64,000 nt of DNA from Candidatus Obscuribacteraceae bacterium. Its GTDB lineage: Bacteria; Cyanobacteriota; Vampirovibrionia; Obscuribacterales; Obscuribacteraceae. Made by a program: the position numbers and the translations under genes. The first letter of the stretch is position 1, and each line of letters opens with the position of its first letter. The notes below the pieces were generated by a model that saw only the letters and a list, made by a program, of their open reading frames with translations, was not told where the DNA came from and ran no database searches. The stretch is from the NCBI GenBank assembly GCA_044229845.1, contig JBGASG010000013.1, forward strand, positions 1 through 64,000, given 5' to 3'. Below, piece after piece: positions 47,771-57,995 of this stretch.

Positions 47771-48772
47771 TCAGCGCTGATACCGGCTCCAGAGCCGCTC
47801 GTAGGTCGCCCAGTCGTCAGGCGTGGTTGTGTACTCAGCAAATACACAGACGCCGCGCAGCACTGCTTTGCGGCTGCGGCTGGAGAAGTAACCGTCACGC
47901 ACAGCCTTCAAAGACAATGGCAGCGTTTCAGCATGATTGCTGTGCCCGATGGTGCCATCTTCGAAAGTAGGGATGCCCAGCAAAACAGCGCATCTGCCTC
48001 CCGCCGCCTGATCGCAAGCGTCGCTGACACGAATGACATTTTCGCGTACCAGCCAGACATACGCGCGCGGCAGATAAAAGTAAGAGTCGTAACACATGAC
48101 GCAGATCTGATCGCATCGTCGGGCTACTTCTTTGTAGTACCGGCTGTCCCATCCCCAGAGTCCGTTGAGGGGATACCACATAGGAGTAGCAACTGACAGC
48201 ACTTTATCGGCGGGCACCACCTGCCTGGTTGCATCTAATAACTTTAGAAACCCGGGGTCGCCGTTGAAGCAGAATTCGTAGTCAAGCTGCACCCCATCGA
48301 ACCCGCAATCGTCAATCAGCCACTTGACCTCCTTGACGATTTGCTCGCGCACAGGCGGCTTGGACAGATCCACGCCACCGTATTCGGGGACAGTGCCCAG
48401 GTACACCCAGGCGATCACCTTCGTGCCGGGGCTGCCCTTGCGAACGCGCGCGATCAGTTGCCGGGCTTTATCAAGATAGTGAAAACGCAAAGTGCCGTCG
48501 GCAATGATGCCGCGCACATGAAAGAAAGCGTACTTAAAGTGTTCATCTTTCAACCGCTTCAACATTCGTTGCCATTCGGCCTCAGAATGTTCGTTGAAAT
48601 ACCACTTATAGCGAAGCCAGATACCGTCCTCGCTTTGAGCAGGCACGGTACCCGCAACTTTTGCGGTCAGCGGATAGACGAAATAGTCGACGACCAGCAA
48701 TAAAGCCGCCAAGCAGACTACTACCTTGATTATCAAAAGAACCACCGGGCGGCGTTTGCGCGTCTCGTCCAA
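47771..48772 (-). CDS. Membrane-anchored GH18-like glycoside hydrolase fold protein
   Basis: FDGVQLDYE (variant of DxDxE), VMCYD, LLGIPTF. Confidence 0.75.
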   Translation of the reverse strand: MDETRKRRPVVLLIIKVVVCLAALLLVVDYFVYPLTAKVAGTVPAQSEDGIWLRYKWYFNEHSEAEWQRMLKRLKDEHFKYAFFHVRGIIADGTLRFHYLDKARQLIARVRKGSPGTKVIAWVYLGTVPEYGGVDLSKPPVREQIVKEVKWLIDDCGFDGVQLDYEFCFNGDPGFLKLLDATRQVVPADKVLSVATPMWYPLNGLWGWDSRYYKEVARRCDQICVMCYDSYFYLPRAYVWLVRENVIRVSDACDQAAGGRCAVLLGIPTFEDGTIGHSNHAETLPLSLKAVRDGYFSSRSRKAVLRGVCVFAEYTTTPDDWATYERLWSRYQR

Positions 48773-49177
48773 ATCGAATGCTCCACCGGTCGCTACCGTA
48801 TACGGTGCATGCTATCGCACACCGTGCCACCGCGCATGCCACCAGAGTTGCTGACATTTGGCGATTATCAGTCACTGCCGCCATAGTAAAAACACTAGCG
48901 CCCCATTATGGTGCAGCCGGTTCGAATTCTTGATAAGCCGGAAGGGGGAACGTCAAGCGCTGCAAGCGATTCCGGCATTGGCAACGCATATATATTGGGG
49001 ACCCTTCGTAACTAGATTAACGGAATTTAAGATGCTCTCAGATCCCGCCAACAGTGGCTCTTCAGGAAATGCAAAAAGCAGTAGTTACTTTTACAGTTAT
49101 TCCTACTACTAATCACTGAATCAATTGGGGTATATTGCTGACCGTAGGAGTCAGGGTCGAAAGGGAGTGATTTCTAA

Positions 49178-49741
49178 ATGAACAAGGGGATTGCAGCCTT
49201 ACTATCAGCAGCTGTTGCTCTAGGGGCAAGCACTCTAATTACTATTCAGCCCGTCAATGCACAGGGCGCAACCAACATCAGTGAACTCACTGACGTGGTA
49301 GGTAATGAGTGGGCATACAATGCACTCAAGGAATTGGTTAACCATCCTTGCCACATCTTGGTGGGTTATCCGGATCGTACGTATCGCGGTCAAAAAGCCA
49401 CGACACGTTTCGAACTAGCGGCAGCCCTATATAAGTACGAACAGTGCATCGTCGAAAGACTTGCACAAAAGGCCGATAAAGCTGACCTCGAGAAATTCGC
49501 AGCGTTGCTCGATGAGTTCCGCGGTGAATTGAACGCGCTCAAAGCGCGTGTCGACGATCTCGAGCGTCGTATGAAACTGGTCGAAGAAAAGAACATCGAA
49601 CAAGACATGCGTCTAGCCTATGCTGAACGCCAAAAAGGCTTCATCTGGGAACGTGTCGTTAAAGGCACAGTTATTGACGTACGTGACGTCGCCATCGGCG
49701 GTGTCCGTGCTGTCCGTGGACTCTACGAATTCCTGTTCTAA
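49178..49741 (+). CDS. SLH-domain plus coiled-coil envelope protein lacking a porin barrel
   Basis: Signal peptide ending VNA, LTDV..NEWAYNALKELV...GYPDRTYRG...TRFELAA, coiled coil, ends EFLF. Confidence 0.9.
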   Translation: MNKGIAALLSAAVALGASTLITIQPVNAQGATNISELTDVVGNEWAYNALKELVNHPCHILVGYPDRTYRGQKATTRFELAAALYKYEQCIVERLAQKADKADLEKFAALLDEFRGELNALKARVDDLERRMKLVEEKNIEQDMRLAYAERQKGFIWERVVKGTVIDVRDVAIGGVRAVRGLYEFLF

Positions 49742-49780
49742 TCACCCTCGACTAGTCAGCCAATCGGCAGATCTCCTATT

Positions 49781-49823
49781 GAAGCTCCCGTTGCATAAAC
49801 GGGAGCTTCCCATTTGTTATTTT
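49781..49823 (+). terminator. Intrinsic terminator after the SLH gene
   Basis: GAAGCTCCCGTT-GCATA-AACGGGAGCTTC followed by a T-rich tail. Confidence 0.85.
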
Positions 49824-49994
49824 CTATATACAGAGCACCGCAGGTGATGCCCCGAGCAGCCACCATATTAGGTGCCACGCCCGCACCGGATACACCGGAT
49901 GGCATCCGATGTCTAAGAGCGACCGGAACCCCACCTTGATATCGTTTTTCGCTGTTAAATCGGCGACAATGACCTTTTGTTGTCAGGGAATTCG

Positions 49995-50813
49995 ATGGTG
50001 CAATCGCAAGTGCAAGTGCCGATAAAGGGCAGTCAGGAGCTGCAGTTCGCAGTAGCAGTAGCCGAAAGAGCTGGTGCGGTAGCGCTCGAGCACTTTCAAG
50101 AAGGCATCGAGGCCACTTACAAAAGCGATGACACTCCTGTCACCAAGGCTGACCGAGAGTGCGAGCGCTTGATTCGGGAAGCGATTGCCGAGACCTTTCC
50201 GGATGACGACATATTGGGAGAGGAAGAGGGTGAGTCAGTAGCCCATCAGGGTCATACGGGTCGCCGCAAGTGGATTATCGACCCCATCGACGGTACTTAT
50301 AACTACATGCGAGCGGTGCCCATTTTTTCGACGCTTCTGGCCTTCGAGCAGGACGGAGAAGTGCGGATCGGCGTTGTGGTGGCGCCCGGCATGCAAGAGG
50401 TGTATTACGCCGAGCGGGGCAATGGCGCCTTCCGTAACGGCAAGCCTATCCGTGTGTCAGCAATTTCCGATGTCAGCCGTTCTCAGTTTGGCTTCGGAGC
50501 ACCCTCGCGCATCCTCCGGGATGGACTGTGGGAGGGTCTGGGGCGCATTGTCCAGGCAACCTATCGACAACGTGCCTTCGGCGATTACCTGGGCTTCGCC
50601 CACGTCTTCGACGGGCGCGCCGAAGCCCATCTGGAGCTCGGATTGAAAGTCTGGGACGTGGCACCCATGCAAGTCATCGTCGAAGAGGCAGGCGGCCGCT
50701 ATTGCGACCTGGAAGGCGGGCGGGACATCTATCGCGGCAGCTGCTTGATCTCCAATGGACTCGTCCACGATCAACTGATGCGCCTTCTGCTGGGGGCTGA
50801 CGACGAAGACTAG
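49995..50813 (+). CDS. Inositol monophosphatase family protein (histidinol-phosphatase HisN-like)
   Basis: KSDDTPVT, GEE, WIIDPIDGT, WDVA, EEAGG. Confidence 0.9.
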   Translation: MVQSQVQVPIKGSQELQFAVAVAERAGAVALEHFQEGIEATYKSDDTPVTKADRECERLIREAIAETFPDDDILGEEEGESVAHQGHTGRRKWIIDPIDGTYNYMRAVPIFSTLLAFEQDGEVRIGVVVAPGMQEVYYAERGNGAFRNGKPIRVSAISDVSRSQFGFGAPSRILRDGLWEGLGRIVQATYRQRAFGDYLGFAHVFDGRAEAHLELGLKVWDVAPMQVIVEEAGGRYCDLEGGRDIYRGSCLISNGLVHDQLMRLLLGADDED

Positions 50814-50828
50814 AGACGCAATGCGCCG

Positions 50829-50845
50829 ATCACACAACAATCACA
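50829..50845 (+). promoter_or_regulatory. ATCACA direct repeat at 11-bp period (OmpR/PhoB-type box candidate)
   Basis: ATCACA-CAACA-ATCACA about 105 nt upstream of the response regulator. Confidence 0.45.
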
Positions 50846-50950
50846 GAGGTTGCCGGCACCTCGCGAAGTCAAGGTAGGGTTTCATTCGGCATAATTGTTC
50901 TGGTAGATTCTGATAACTAGGAACGTTTCGCAAATTCAAAGGGATCTCTT

Positions 50951-51658
50951 TTGGCCAAGATTTTGATTGTTGAAGACGAGAAAGACCTGGCGACACTGAT
51001 CTCGGATCGCCTGACACTCGAACATCACCTTGTCGAAGTCGCCCACGACGGCACCAGCGCGCTGGAGAAGTTGAAAGCCAGCATTTACGACGTCATCGTC
51101 CTCGACTGGATGCTGCCTGAGGTTTCAGGCATCGACGTCTGCCGGCTCTATCGAGCTCAGGGCGGCAATGCCGGCATCATCATGCTGACAGCCAAAGAAT
51201 CAATCAGCGACAAAGAAGTAGGATTCTCGGCCGGCGCCGACGACTACATGACCAAGCCTTTTGAACTAAAAGAACTGGCCATGCGAGTCAAGGCCCAGTT
51301 GCGACGCGCCGAAACGACTACTCACACCTCCTTCCACATCTACGACATTCAGATCGATATTGAAGAACATCGCGTTACCAGAGACGGCAAGGAAGTCTAC
51401 TTGATGCCCAAAGAATTCCGGCTCTTAGAATTCTTCGTGCGTCATCCGCAACGCGTTTTTTCCTCTGAAGAACTCTTGTCTGCAGTCTGGGAAAGCGAAA
51501 GCTATGCAGGCAACGATACGGTTCGCGGTCACATCACTCGCTTGCGCAAGAAACTCGATTCGCCCGGTCGCGAATCAATTATTACCACCGTCCATGGTGT
51601 CGGTTACAAATTAGGATTGGACAGTGCTCACCCGAATGCGAGCCAAGCTCGCGCTTAA
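50951..51658 (+). CDS. OmpR/PhoB family response regulator
   Basis: IVEDE, LDWMLP, MLTA, GADDYMTKPF, winged-HTH ending TVHGVGY. Confidence 0.96.
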   Translation: MAKILIVEDEKDLATLISDRLTLEHHLVEVAHDGTSALEKLKASIYDVIVLDWMLPEVSGIDVCRLYRAQGGNAGIIMLTAKESISDKEVGFSAGADDYMTKPFELKELAMRVKAQLRRAETTTHTSFHIYDIQIDIEEHRVTRDGKEVYLMPKEFRLLEFFVRHPQRVFSSEELLSAVWESESYAGNDTVRGHITRLRKKLDSPGRESIITTVHGVGYKLGLDSAHPNASQARA

Positions 51659-52847
51659 CTTCGCCTACCTCGTCCTCTGTCTCTACGCCATAGCCGGTCT
51701 GGCTTCGCTCGCCATGTTCTACCACGGCATGACGCGCGCGACCGAATCACTGCTCTTCAACTCGCTGGCTGAAATACGTCCGGCAGTCAAAGTCGTCGAA
51801 CAGCACGCGTCTCTCAAGGAGTGGGCGGCAGCGGCCAGTTCTGAAGATCTGCCAGTGCTGGCCACTGTGCAGGTGTTCGATCCGAAAAACAACCTGATCG
51901 AACACTACGGTCCCGACGGCGCACCACGCCTGGGCACGGGACATCTAACCACCAAGACTGTCTCGGTTCGTTCGGCCAATCAAAGAATCATTCACGAGGG
52001 CGTGAACTACGGCACTCTGCAGGTGCAGGTTTCCACGGCTCAGGACGATCGAGCGATTGCCGAATTGGCATTTGCGATCTGCATCGGGATTCCGATCATC
52101 GCCGCCCTGGTTTCTCTAGGAGGATACTTCTTCGCCGGTCAGGCTCTGCAGCCAGTGGAGACCACCATGGACCTGTTGCGCCGTTTCGTAGCTGACGCCG
52201 GACATGAATTGAAAACACCGATTTCGATCATTGAAGCGTGCATTGAGACGCTTCAGGACATGCATCAGAAAGAAGGACTTCCGGATACCCAGATTCAGAT
52301 GCTGCGCTCGGCAAGCACGCGCATGCGCGAACTGACGGCAGACCTGATGTTTCTCGCCAAAGTCGAAGATCCAATGTACGCCTTCGACAAGAGACACATC
52401 GCCCTCGATCACCTGGTGGCATCGGTGGTGGACGAGTACAAACCGCTGGCCGAAACCAGCCATGTTTCGCTGGATGTGAGCACCGACGAGAAGGTGACGA
52501 TCTACGCCGAGCCGGAGGCTTTCCGGCAATTGATGAGCAACTTGATCAGCAACGCCGTCAAGTACACCGACACCGGGGGCAGTGTCAAAGTCGGGCTCAG
52601 TAAAGATGGCATTCACGCGGTGATCACCGTCACCGATACGGGCATCGGCATTCCCCAAAACAGCCTGCCGAACATATTCGACCGCTTCTACCGAGTCGAT
52701 AAATCTCGCTCGCGTGAAGCAGGCGGAGTCGGACTGGGTCTATCGATTGTGAAGGCGGTTGCAGAAGCACACGGCTCGCTGGTGATCGTCAACAGCGAGG
52801 TGGGAAAAGGCACGACCTTCACTGTTACTGTGCCGCTCTCGCAGTAG
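51624..52847 (+). CDS. Sensor histidine kinase
   Basis: Two TMs, DAGHELKTP, NLISNAVKY, DTGIGI, FDRFYR, GVGLGL. Confidence 0.95.
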   Translation: MLTRMRAKLALNFAYLVLCLYAIAGLASLAMFYHGMTRATESLLFNSLAEIRPAVKVVEQHASLKEWAAAASSEDLPVLATVQVFDPKNNLIEHYGPDGAPRLGTGHLTTKTVSVRSANQRIIHEGVNYGTLQVQVSTAQDDRAIAELAFAICIGIPIIAALVSLGGYFFAGQALQPVETTMDLLRRFVADAGHELKTPISIIEACIETLQDMHQKEGLPDTQIQMLRSASTRMRELTADLMFLAKVEDPMYAFDKRHIALDHLVASVVDEYKPLAETSHVSLDVSTDEKVTIYAEPEAFRQLMSNLISNAVKYTDTGGSVKVGLSKDGIHAVITVTDTGIGIPQNSLPNIFDRFYRVDKSRSREAGGVGLGLSIVKAVAEAHGSLVIVNSEVGKGTTFTVTVPLSQ

Positions 52848-52894
52848 TAACCCTGAAGTGGGCGCCAGAGCCCGCTTACAGGGGGATCTTACGT

Positions 52895-52950
52895 ATCACA
52901 AATCGTCACGATGGCGCTCAGAGCCTGAGCCGATCACAAATCTAGCACAT
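52895..52950 (+). promoter_or_regulatory. Two ATCACAAATC-containing direct-repeat boxes upstream of sulP
   Basis: ATCACAAATCGTCACG at 52895 and ATCACAAATCTAGCACA at 52933. Confidence 0.45.
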
Positions 52951-53095
52951 CGTAGGTCTATCTTTGATTCAAGCAATCAAGCGCTTCTCGAGCATTGATA
53001 CACGAAAAGCATGGATACCGCCAACCGATATAGCCGACTGACCGCAGATTGCGGATGTTTTGTCGGCATGTTCGTCCTTTTGAGGTCTTGTCTGA

Positions 53096-54790
53096 ATGAG
53101 TCAAACAACAGCCAACAACCCAGCCGTCGACACTAAGCCGACCGACGGCAACGAAATTCACCTCAGAGCTTCTGGAATGAACTCACAGACAACTCGGACA
53201 CCCAAAGACTATCTGCCAGGACTTTTGCAGAACTGGCAATCGGACATCGTCTCCGGACTGATCATTTTTCTGATTGCTCTGCCTCTTTGTCTGGGCATCT
53301 CAATCGCATCAGGGGTGCCACCAATGGCCGGCATCATTGCGGCCGTTGTAGGCGGCATTGTTGTTTCTCAGATCAACGGCTCTTATGTCACCATCAATGG
53401 ACCAGCTGCCGGGCTGATTGTCGTGATTCTCGGTTCGGTAGACCGCCTCGGGGGCGGCGATGTGGGATACCACGCGACGCTGGCCGCAGTTGTCGTATCC
53501 GGCATCCTGCTTTTCCTGTCCGGCATTTTCAAAGCCGGAGCGCTCGGCGACTTCTTTCCATCGACTGTCGTGCACGGCATGCTGGCATCGATCGGGATCA
53601 TCATCATGAGCAAACAGTTGCCCTTCGTGCTTGGGGTCAAGCCTCCCGCCAAAGAGCCGCTGGAGCTGATCGCCAAGATTCCCGAGATGTTTGCCAACGC
53701 CAACCCCGAGATAGCCATCATCGGCATAATGAGCTTGCTGATCCTGGTCATGCATGCATCGATTTCCAACAAAGCGTTAAAGCGCATTCCGGCACCGATT
53801 GTTGTCGTACTGATCGCAATCTTTCTGGGCGGCTACTTCGACCTCAGTCACGCGCACCGCGACATGATCGCCGGGCATGCCGTCGAGCTGACACCGAAGT
53901 TTCTCGTCACGCTGCCGTCCAACTTAAAAGACGCCATCCAATTCCCGGATTTCTCGCATGCACTGTCTTATGCCTTCATGCTCTCGGTGGTCTCAATCAC
54001 CCTGGTCCAGGGCATTGAGACTCTGCTCAGCTGCGCCGCAGTAGATAAGCTCGACCCATACCGCCGCCACGCCAACTTGAGCCGCGACGTCGGTGCTGTC
54101 GGACTGGGCAGCGCCATCTCAGCCGCCATTGGCGGTTTGCCCATGATTGCTGAGATCGTCAGAAGCACAGCCAACGTGGCCAATGGTGCCAAGACGCGCT
54201 GGTCGAATTTCTTCCATGGCTGCTTCATGCTGGCGGCGATTTTGTTCTGTGCGTCCTACATCAACCAGATTCCACTGGCCGCACTGGCTGCACTATTGGT
54301 GTTCACCGGCTTCCGACTGGCTTCGCCCAAGGTCTTCAAAGAAGCCTATCAAATAGGAGCCGAGCAACTGTTCATCTTCGTCACCACCATCATCGCGACT
54401 TTGATGACTGATCTTTTGATTGGCGTCGCCGTCGGCATCGCTACCAAATTCGCTCTGCACACCATGCGTGGCGTGCCGGTTCGCTCGTTGTTCAAATCTC
54501 ACGTCAATGTCAAAGACCTGGGCGACAACAAATTGCTCGTCGAAGTGGAAGATTCAGCCATCTTCTCCAACTTCATCTCGCTGAAGCGACAACTGGAAAA
54601 ACTTGGTGCCGGCAAGAACATGACTGTCGATCTCAGTCGGTGCAAACTGGTCGACCACACAGTAATGGAGCGCTTGCACGAGTGGGCGGAAGACTATGCG
54701 CACAAAGCTGGTCAGACCTGCACCATCATCGGTCTAGACTCGCACAAAGCTGCTTCCAGCCATCCATTTTCGGCACGCCGCGCCGTGTAG
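53096..54790 (+). CDS. SulP/SLC26 family anion (possibly bicarbonate) transporter with a STAS-like C-terminus
   Basis: FLIALPLCLGISIASG, GPAAGL, ETLLS, GGLPMIAEIVRS, NQIPLAALA. Confidence 0.93.
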   Translation: MSQTTANNPAVDTKPTDGNEIHLRASGMNSQTTRTPKDYLPGLLQNWQSDIVSGLIIFLIALPLCLGISIASGVPPMAGIIAAVVGGIVVSQINGSYVTINGPAAGLIVVILGSVDRLGGGDVGYHATLAAVVVSGILLFLSGIFKAGALGDFFPSTVVHGMLASIGIIIMSKQLPFVLGVKPPAKEPLELIAKIPEMFANANPEIAIIGIMSLLILVMHASISNKALKRIPAPIVVVLIAIFLGGYFDLSHAHRDMIAGHAVELTPKFLVTLPSNLKDAIQFPDFSHALSYAFMLSVVSITLVQGIETLLSCAAVDKLDPYRRHANLSRDVGAVGLGSAISAAIGGLPMIAEIVRSTANVANGAKTRWSNFFHGCFMLAAILFCASYINQIPLAALAALLVFTGFRLASPKVFKEAYQIGAEQLFIFVTTIIATLMTDLLIGVAVGIATKFALHTMRGVPVRSLFKSHVNVKDLGDNKLLVEVEDSAIFSNFISLKRQLEKLGAGKNMTVDLSRCKLVDHTVMERLHEWAEDYAHKAGQTCTIIGLDSHKAASSHPFSARRAV

Positions 54791-54817
54791 AATTGGGATT
54801 CTTTCAGGAATACGGCT

Positions 54818-55738
54818 GTGAATATAGTTCTTGCTGTTGATAACTCGCCCCATTCTCAGGTCGCGATCGATGTGGTTTTGAACCGCGTCTGGCCGGAAGG
54901 TTCCACCTTAAAGGTATTTAGCGCAGTCGAAAAACGCGAACACGTTTTCGCCGTCATGAAAAGCGATGAAGCTGAGTCCTTTCAAGGCAAGGCACTGTCC
55001 GCCGCCAAGACCTTCACCGAGGACGTGGCCGCCAAGATTCAAGCCAAGTTTCCCAAGCTGAACGTCACCAGCGAAGCGGCGCTCGGTGACTGCAAAGAAC
55101 TGATTCTCGACCAGGTCAACTGGCCGGCCGACCTGATCGTTGTTGGATCACATGGACGCCAGGGGCTGCCGCGCTTGTTTCTTGGCAGTGTCTCGCAAAC
55201 GGTGCTGCTCTACTCGCCCGTTTCTACACTTGTAGCCCGCTATCAGCACGCGCACGAGGGCGTACCGGAGTTTGACAAGAACATCTTGATTGCGGTCGAC
55301 GATACTCCACACTCGCGCAATGCCCTCGACTGGGTCGCGAAGATGCCCTGGCCGAACGACGCCAAGTTCACGCTGCTCTCCGTGCTGCCTGCCATCGTTG
55401 ATAAGTACTCCGACGGCATCGACGCCCTATATGCCCGCAAGTTTTCCGGCGAGCGCCTGGAGATCAGACAGTCCGCCCAGAAGTTCCTCGACGCCAGCGC
55501 CCGACGGCTGGAAAGCAAAGTAGGTGCCGGCAACGTCAATGTCGACCTGCGCGAAGGCGACCCCGCCGAGTCGATTCTTTTCGTTGCCGGCAACTGGCCG
55601 GCTGGACTGGTCGTCATGGGCTGCAGGTCGCGCGGACAAATGACCCGGCTTTTTATGGGTAGCGTCTCACAAGAAGTGGTTTTGCAAGCACCGTGCCCCG
55701 TCGAGGTGATCAAACGGTTGAGCGATGGGATAATGTGA
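54818..55738 (+). CDS. Tandem-domain universal stress protein
   Basis: Two USP domains: LAVDNS...VVGSHGR...LGSVS and IAVDDT...VMGCRSR...MGSVS. Confidence 0.94.
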   Translation: MNIVLAVDNSPHSQVAIDVVLNRVWPEGSTLKVFSAVEKREHVFAVMKSDEAESFQGKALSAAKTFTEDVAAKIQAKFPKLNVTSEAALGDCKELILDQVNWPADLIVVGSHGRQGLPRLFLGSVSQTVLLYSPVSTLVARYQHAHEGVPEFDKNILIAVDDTPHSRNALDWVAKMPWPNDAKFTLLSVLPAIVDKYSDGIDALYARKFSGERLEIRQSAQKFLDASARRLESKVGAGNVNVDLREGDPAESILFVAGNWPAGLVVMGCRSRGQMTRLFMGSVSQEVVLQAPCPVEVIKRLSDGIM

Positions 55739-55798
55739 AGTTGCCGGGAGGCGGTTGCTCCCGACATTCGTCTAGATCCGAGATCCGGTTAGAAGCGC

Positions 55799-57991
55799 GT
55801 GCCAGGCAAAATGAAATGGGCCCGTTCCCTTAGAGGGCGGATGACTCTGGTCATCACCGCTTCCGGACTCTTGCCGATTGCTATTTGTCACTTGATCGTC
55901 GCAGGCGTCAATGGTTTCAACCCGCTAGACCTGCTCTGGGACATCCCGCTCTTACCGATTCTTTTCTTGATCAACTGGTTTCTCACCGGTGCGCTTCTCG
56001 GTCCTCTGCGCAATTTGATCGGTTCAACCAATCGCCTGGCGGCCATGGACATCAGGCAACGTCTGGAAGTCGATGCCAGCGAACAACAAGAGATGCTGGA
56101 GTTACGCCGGGCATTCAACAAGCTCCTGAACCGGCTGGAAGAATCTCTCAATATTCAATGTCAGTTCGTAGCCGACGCCTCACACGAATTGCGCACGCCC
56201 CTCACTTCCATTCAGGGCTATACCAAACTACTACAGCGACGCCGCGGCGAGATAGACCAGCAGCTGCTCTCCGAAGCCCTGCAAACTATCTCTGACGAAT
56301 CAGGACGTCTGATTCGCCTCGTATCGGACCTGTTGGCTCTGGCTCGAGCGGATGCCGGACAGGCCATTATTGCGCAACAAGAAATCATCGACCTGCGGGA
56401 CGTCTTACAAAGCGTGGAAGACACAGTGACTGTAATTGCTCCCGAACAGGTGGAAATCCAGTTCATCATTCCGCAGAAGCCTGTCTGGGTCTCCGCCGAC
56501 GCCGACAAACTGAAGCAGGTTTTTCTCAACCTGACAAACAACGCCATCAAAGCCACGCAGAGCGGCGGCAAAGTCACAGTGACGCTGAGATCTTCCAACA
56601 ACCAGGCCATCGTCCGCATTATCGACACCGGAATCGGCATCGCGCCCGCCGATCAACAGCGCATCTTCGACCGCTTCTATCGGGTGGAACGGTCGCGCAC
56701 CCGCAGCAAACTCTATGGCGGGGGCACCGGACTGGGCTTAGCCATCGCGCTGACGATCATTCGCGCTCACGGTGGTACGATCGAATTGGAGAGCGAACTC
56801 AATAAAGGTTCTACATTCACCGTGCGATTGCCGATTACCGAAAAGGAACCGAGGGAGAAACCGGGCAGAGATCCGCAAGCAGCGGCCGTGGGCATGTTCC
56901 TTTTGCTGGCACTACAAATGGTGCCAGGCGTACAAGCCGAAAATGTCGGCACAGCGAAGAGAAAAATTCAGCAAGGCGGCATTCAACATGACGTCACGAC
57001 ATCGGGCAACGAGGTGGCGCCGGATCAAAGCGGCAGCGCCACCCCGCAACAGGCGGGATTGACGCACCAGCAGCAGCAAGATTTGCAGAAGAACACTCTG
57101 CAACAGAAAAAGTTCGACGCCACCATCGACATGGGCAACAAGCTTTACGCCGCCGGCAAGTATCAAGACTCGATCAAGGTCTATGAAAAAGCAATCGCCA
57201 TCGACCCTTACGATTGCGTCGCGCACTTCAACCAGGCCATGGCACTCATGGAACTGGCCCGCTACAAAGAGGCGATTGACCACTTCAATGAAGCCATTCG
57301 ACTGGAGCCGAAATTCTTCCTGCCTCGCTTCGAGCGAGGCGTTGCCTATATGCGCTCCAGCGAATACGAACGGGCGCTCAATGACTTCACGATCGTTAAA
57401 CGGCTGAATCCCAAACACATCGACAGCCAATATTATCAAGGTCTGGCTTTGATCGGACTGAAGCAGAATCAGCCCGGCATACAGGCTTTGCGAGCCGCTG
57501 CTGCCGCCGACAACAAGTTTCCTCGCCGTTATCTCTATCAAGGTATGGCACTGTCGATGCTGAACAGACCTAAAGAAGCGGTCAAGCAATTCGACATTGC
57601 CGTCACCAAATCGAAAAACCCTTCGGAAGCACTTGCCGAGCGCGGCAAGCTTTATGCCAAGGCTGGCAATATCGAAAAAGCAACCGCCGACTTCGATGCG
57701 TTGATCAAGCTCAGTCCCGGGCGACCGCTACCCCTGGTGCTGCGCGGTATCGCGGCGGCATCTGCCGAGCAGTACGTGCAGGCTTGCGGGTACTTCGACG
57801 CAGCGATTGAACTGAGTCCCGACTTTCACCTGGCGTACTACAATCGCGGATTGGCTTGCATGCAGGCCGGCGACCTGGCAGCCGCCCTCAATGATTTGGA
57901 AAAGGCGAAAGAAGTAAATCCAAATTACCAGCCGACGCTGCAAGCACTCGAACAAGTGCACTCGATGATGAAGGCTCAACAGACCAACTAA
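55799..57991 (+). CDS. HAMP histidine kinase fused to a hydrophobic segment and a C-terminal TPR array
   Basis: Two TMs, HAMP, DASHELRTP, N/G1/F/G2 boxes, then AAAVGMFLLLALQMVPGVQA and about 8 TPRs, all in one open frame. Confidence 0.88.
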   Translation: MPGKMKWARSLRGRMTLVITASGLLPIAICHLIVAGVNGFNPLDLLWDIPLLPILFLINWFLTGALLGPLRNLIGSTNRLAAMDIRQRLEVDASEQQEMLELRRAFNKLLNRLEESLNIQCQFVADASHELRTPLTSIQGYTKLLQRRRGEIDQQLLSEALQTISDESGRLIRLVSDLLALARADAGQAIIAQQEIIDLRDVLQSVEDTVTVIAPEQVEIQFIIPQKPVWVSADADKLKQVFLNLTNNAIKATQSGGKVTVTLRSSNNQAIVRIIDTGIGIAPADQQRIFDRFYRVERSRTRSKLYGGGTGLGLAIALTIIRAHGGTIELESELNKGSTFTVRLPITEKEPREKPGRDPQAAAVGMFLLLALQMVPGVQAENVGTAKRKIQQGGIQHDVTTSGNEVAPDQSGSATPQQAGLTHQQQQDLQKNTLQQKKFDATIDMGNKLYAAGKYQDSIKVYEKAIAIDPYDCVAHFNQAMALMELARYKEAIDHFNEAIRLEPKFFLPRFERGVAYMRSSEYERALNDFTIVKRLNPKHIDSQYYQGLALIGLKQNQPGIQALRAAAAADNKFPRRYLYQGMALSMLNRPKEAVKQFDIAVTKSKNPSEALAERGKLYAKAGNIEKATADFDALIKLSPGRPLPLVLRGIAAASAEQYVQACGYFDAAIELSPDFHLAYYNRGLACMQAGDLAAALNDLEKAKEVNPNYQPTLQALEQVHSMMKAQQTN

Positions 57992-57995
57992 GTCA

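Noticed and set aside
48895..48945. GGTTCGAATTC T-loop-like motif in the intergenic region before the SLH gene
   Set aside because: No T-stem, acceptor stem or cloverleaf can be formed.
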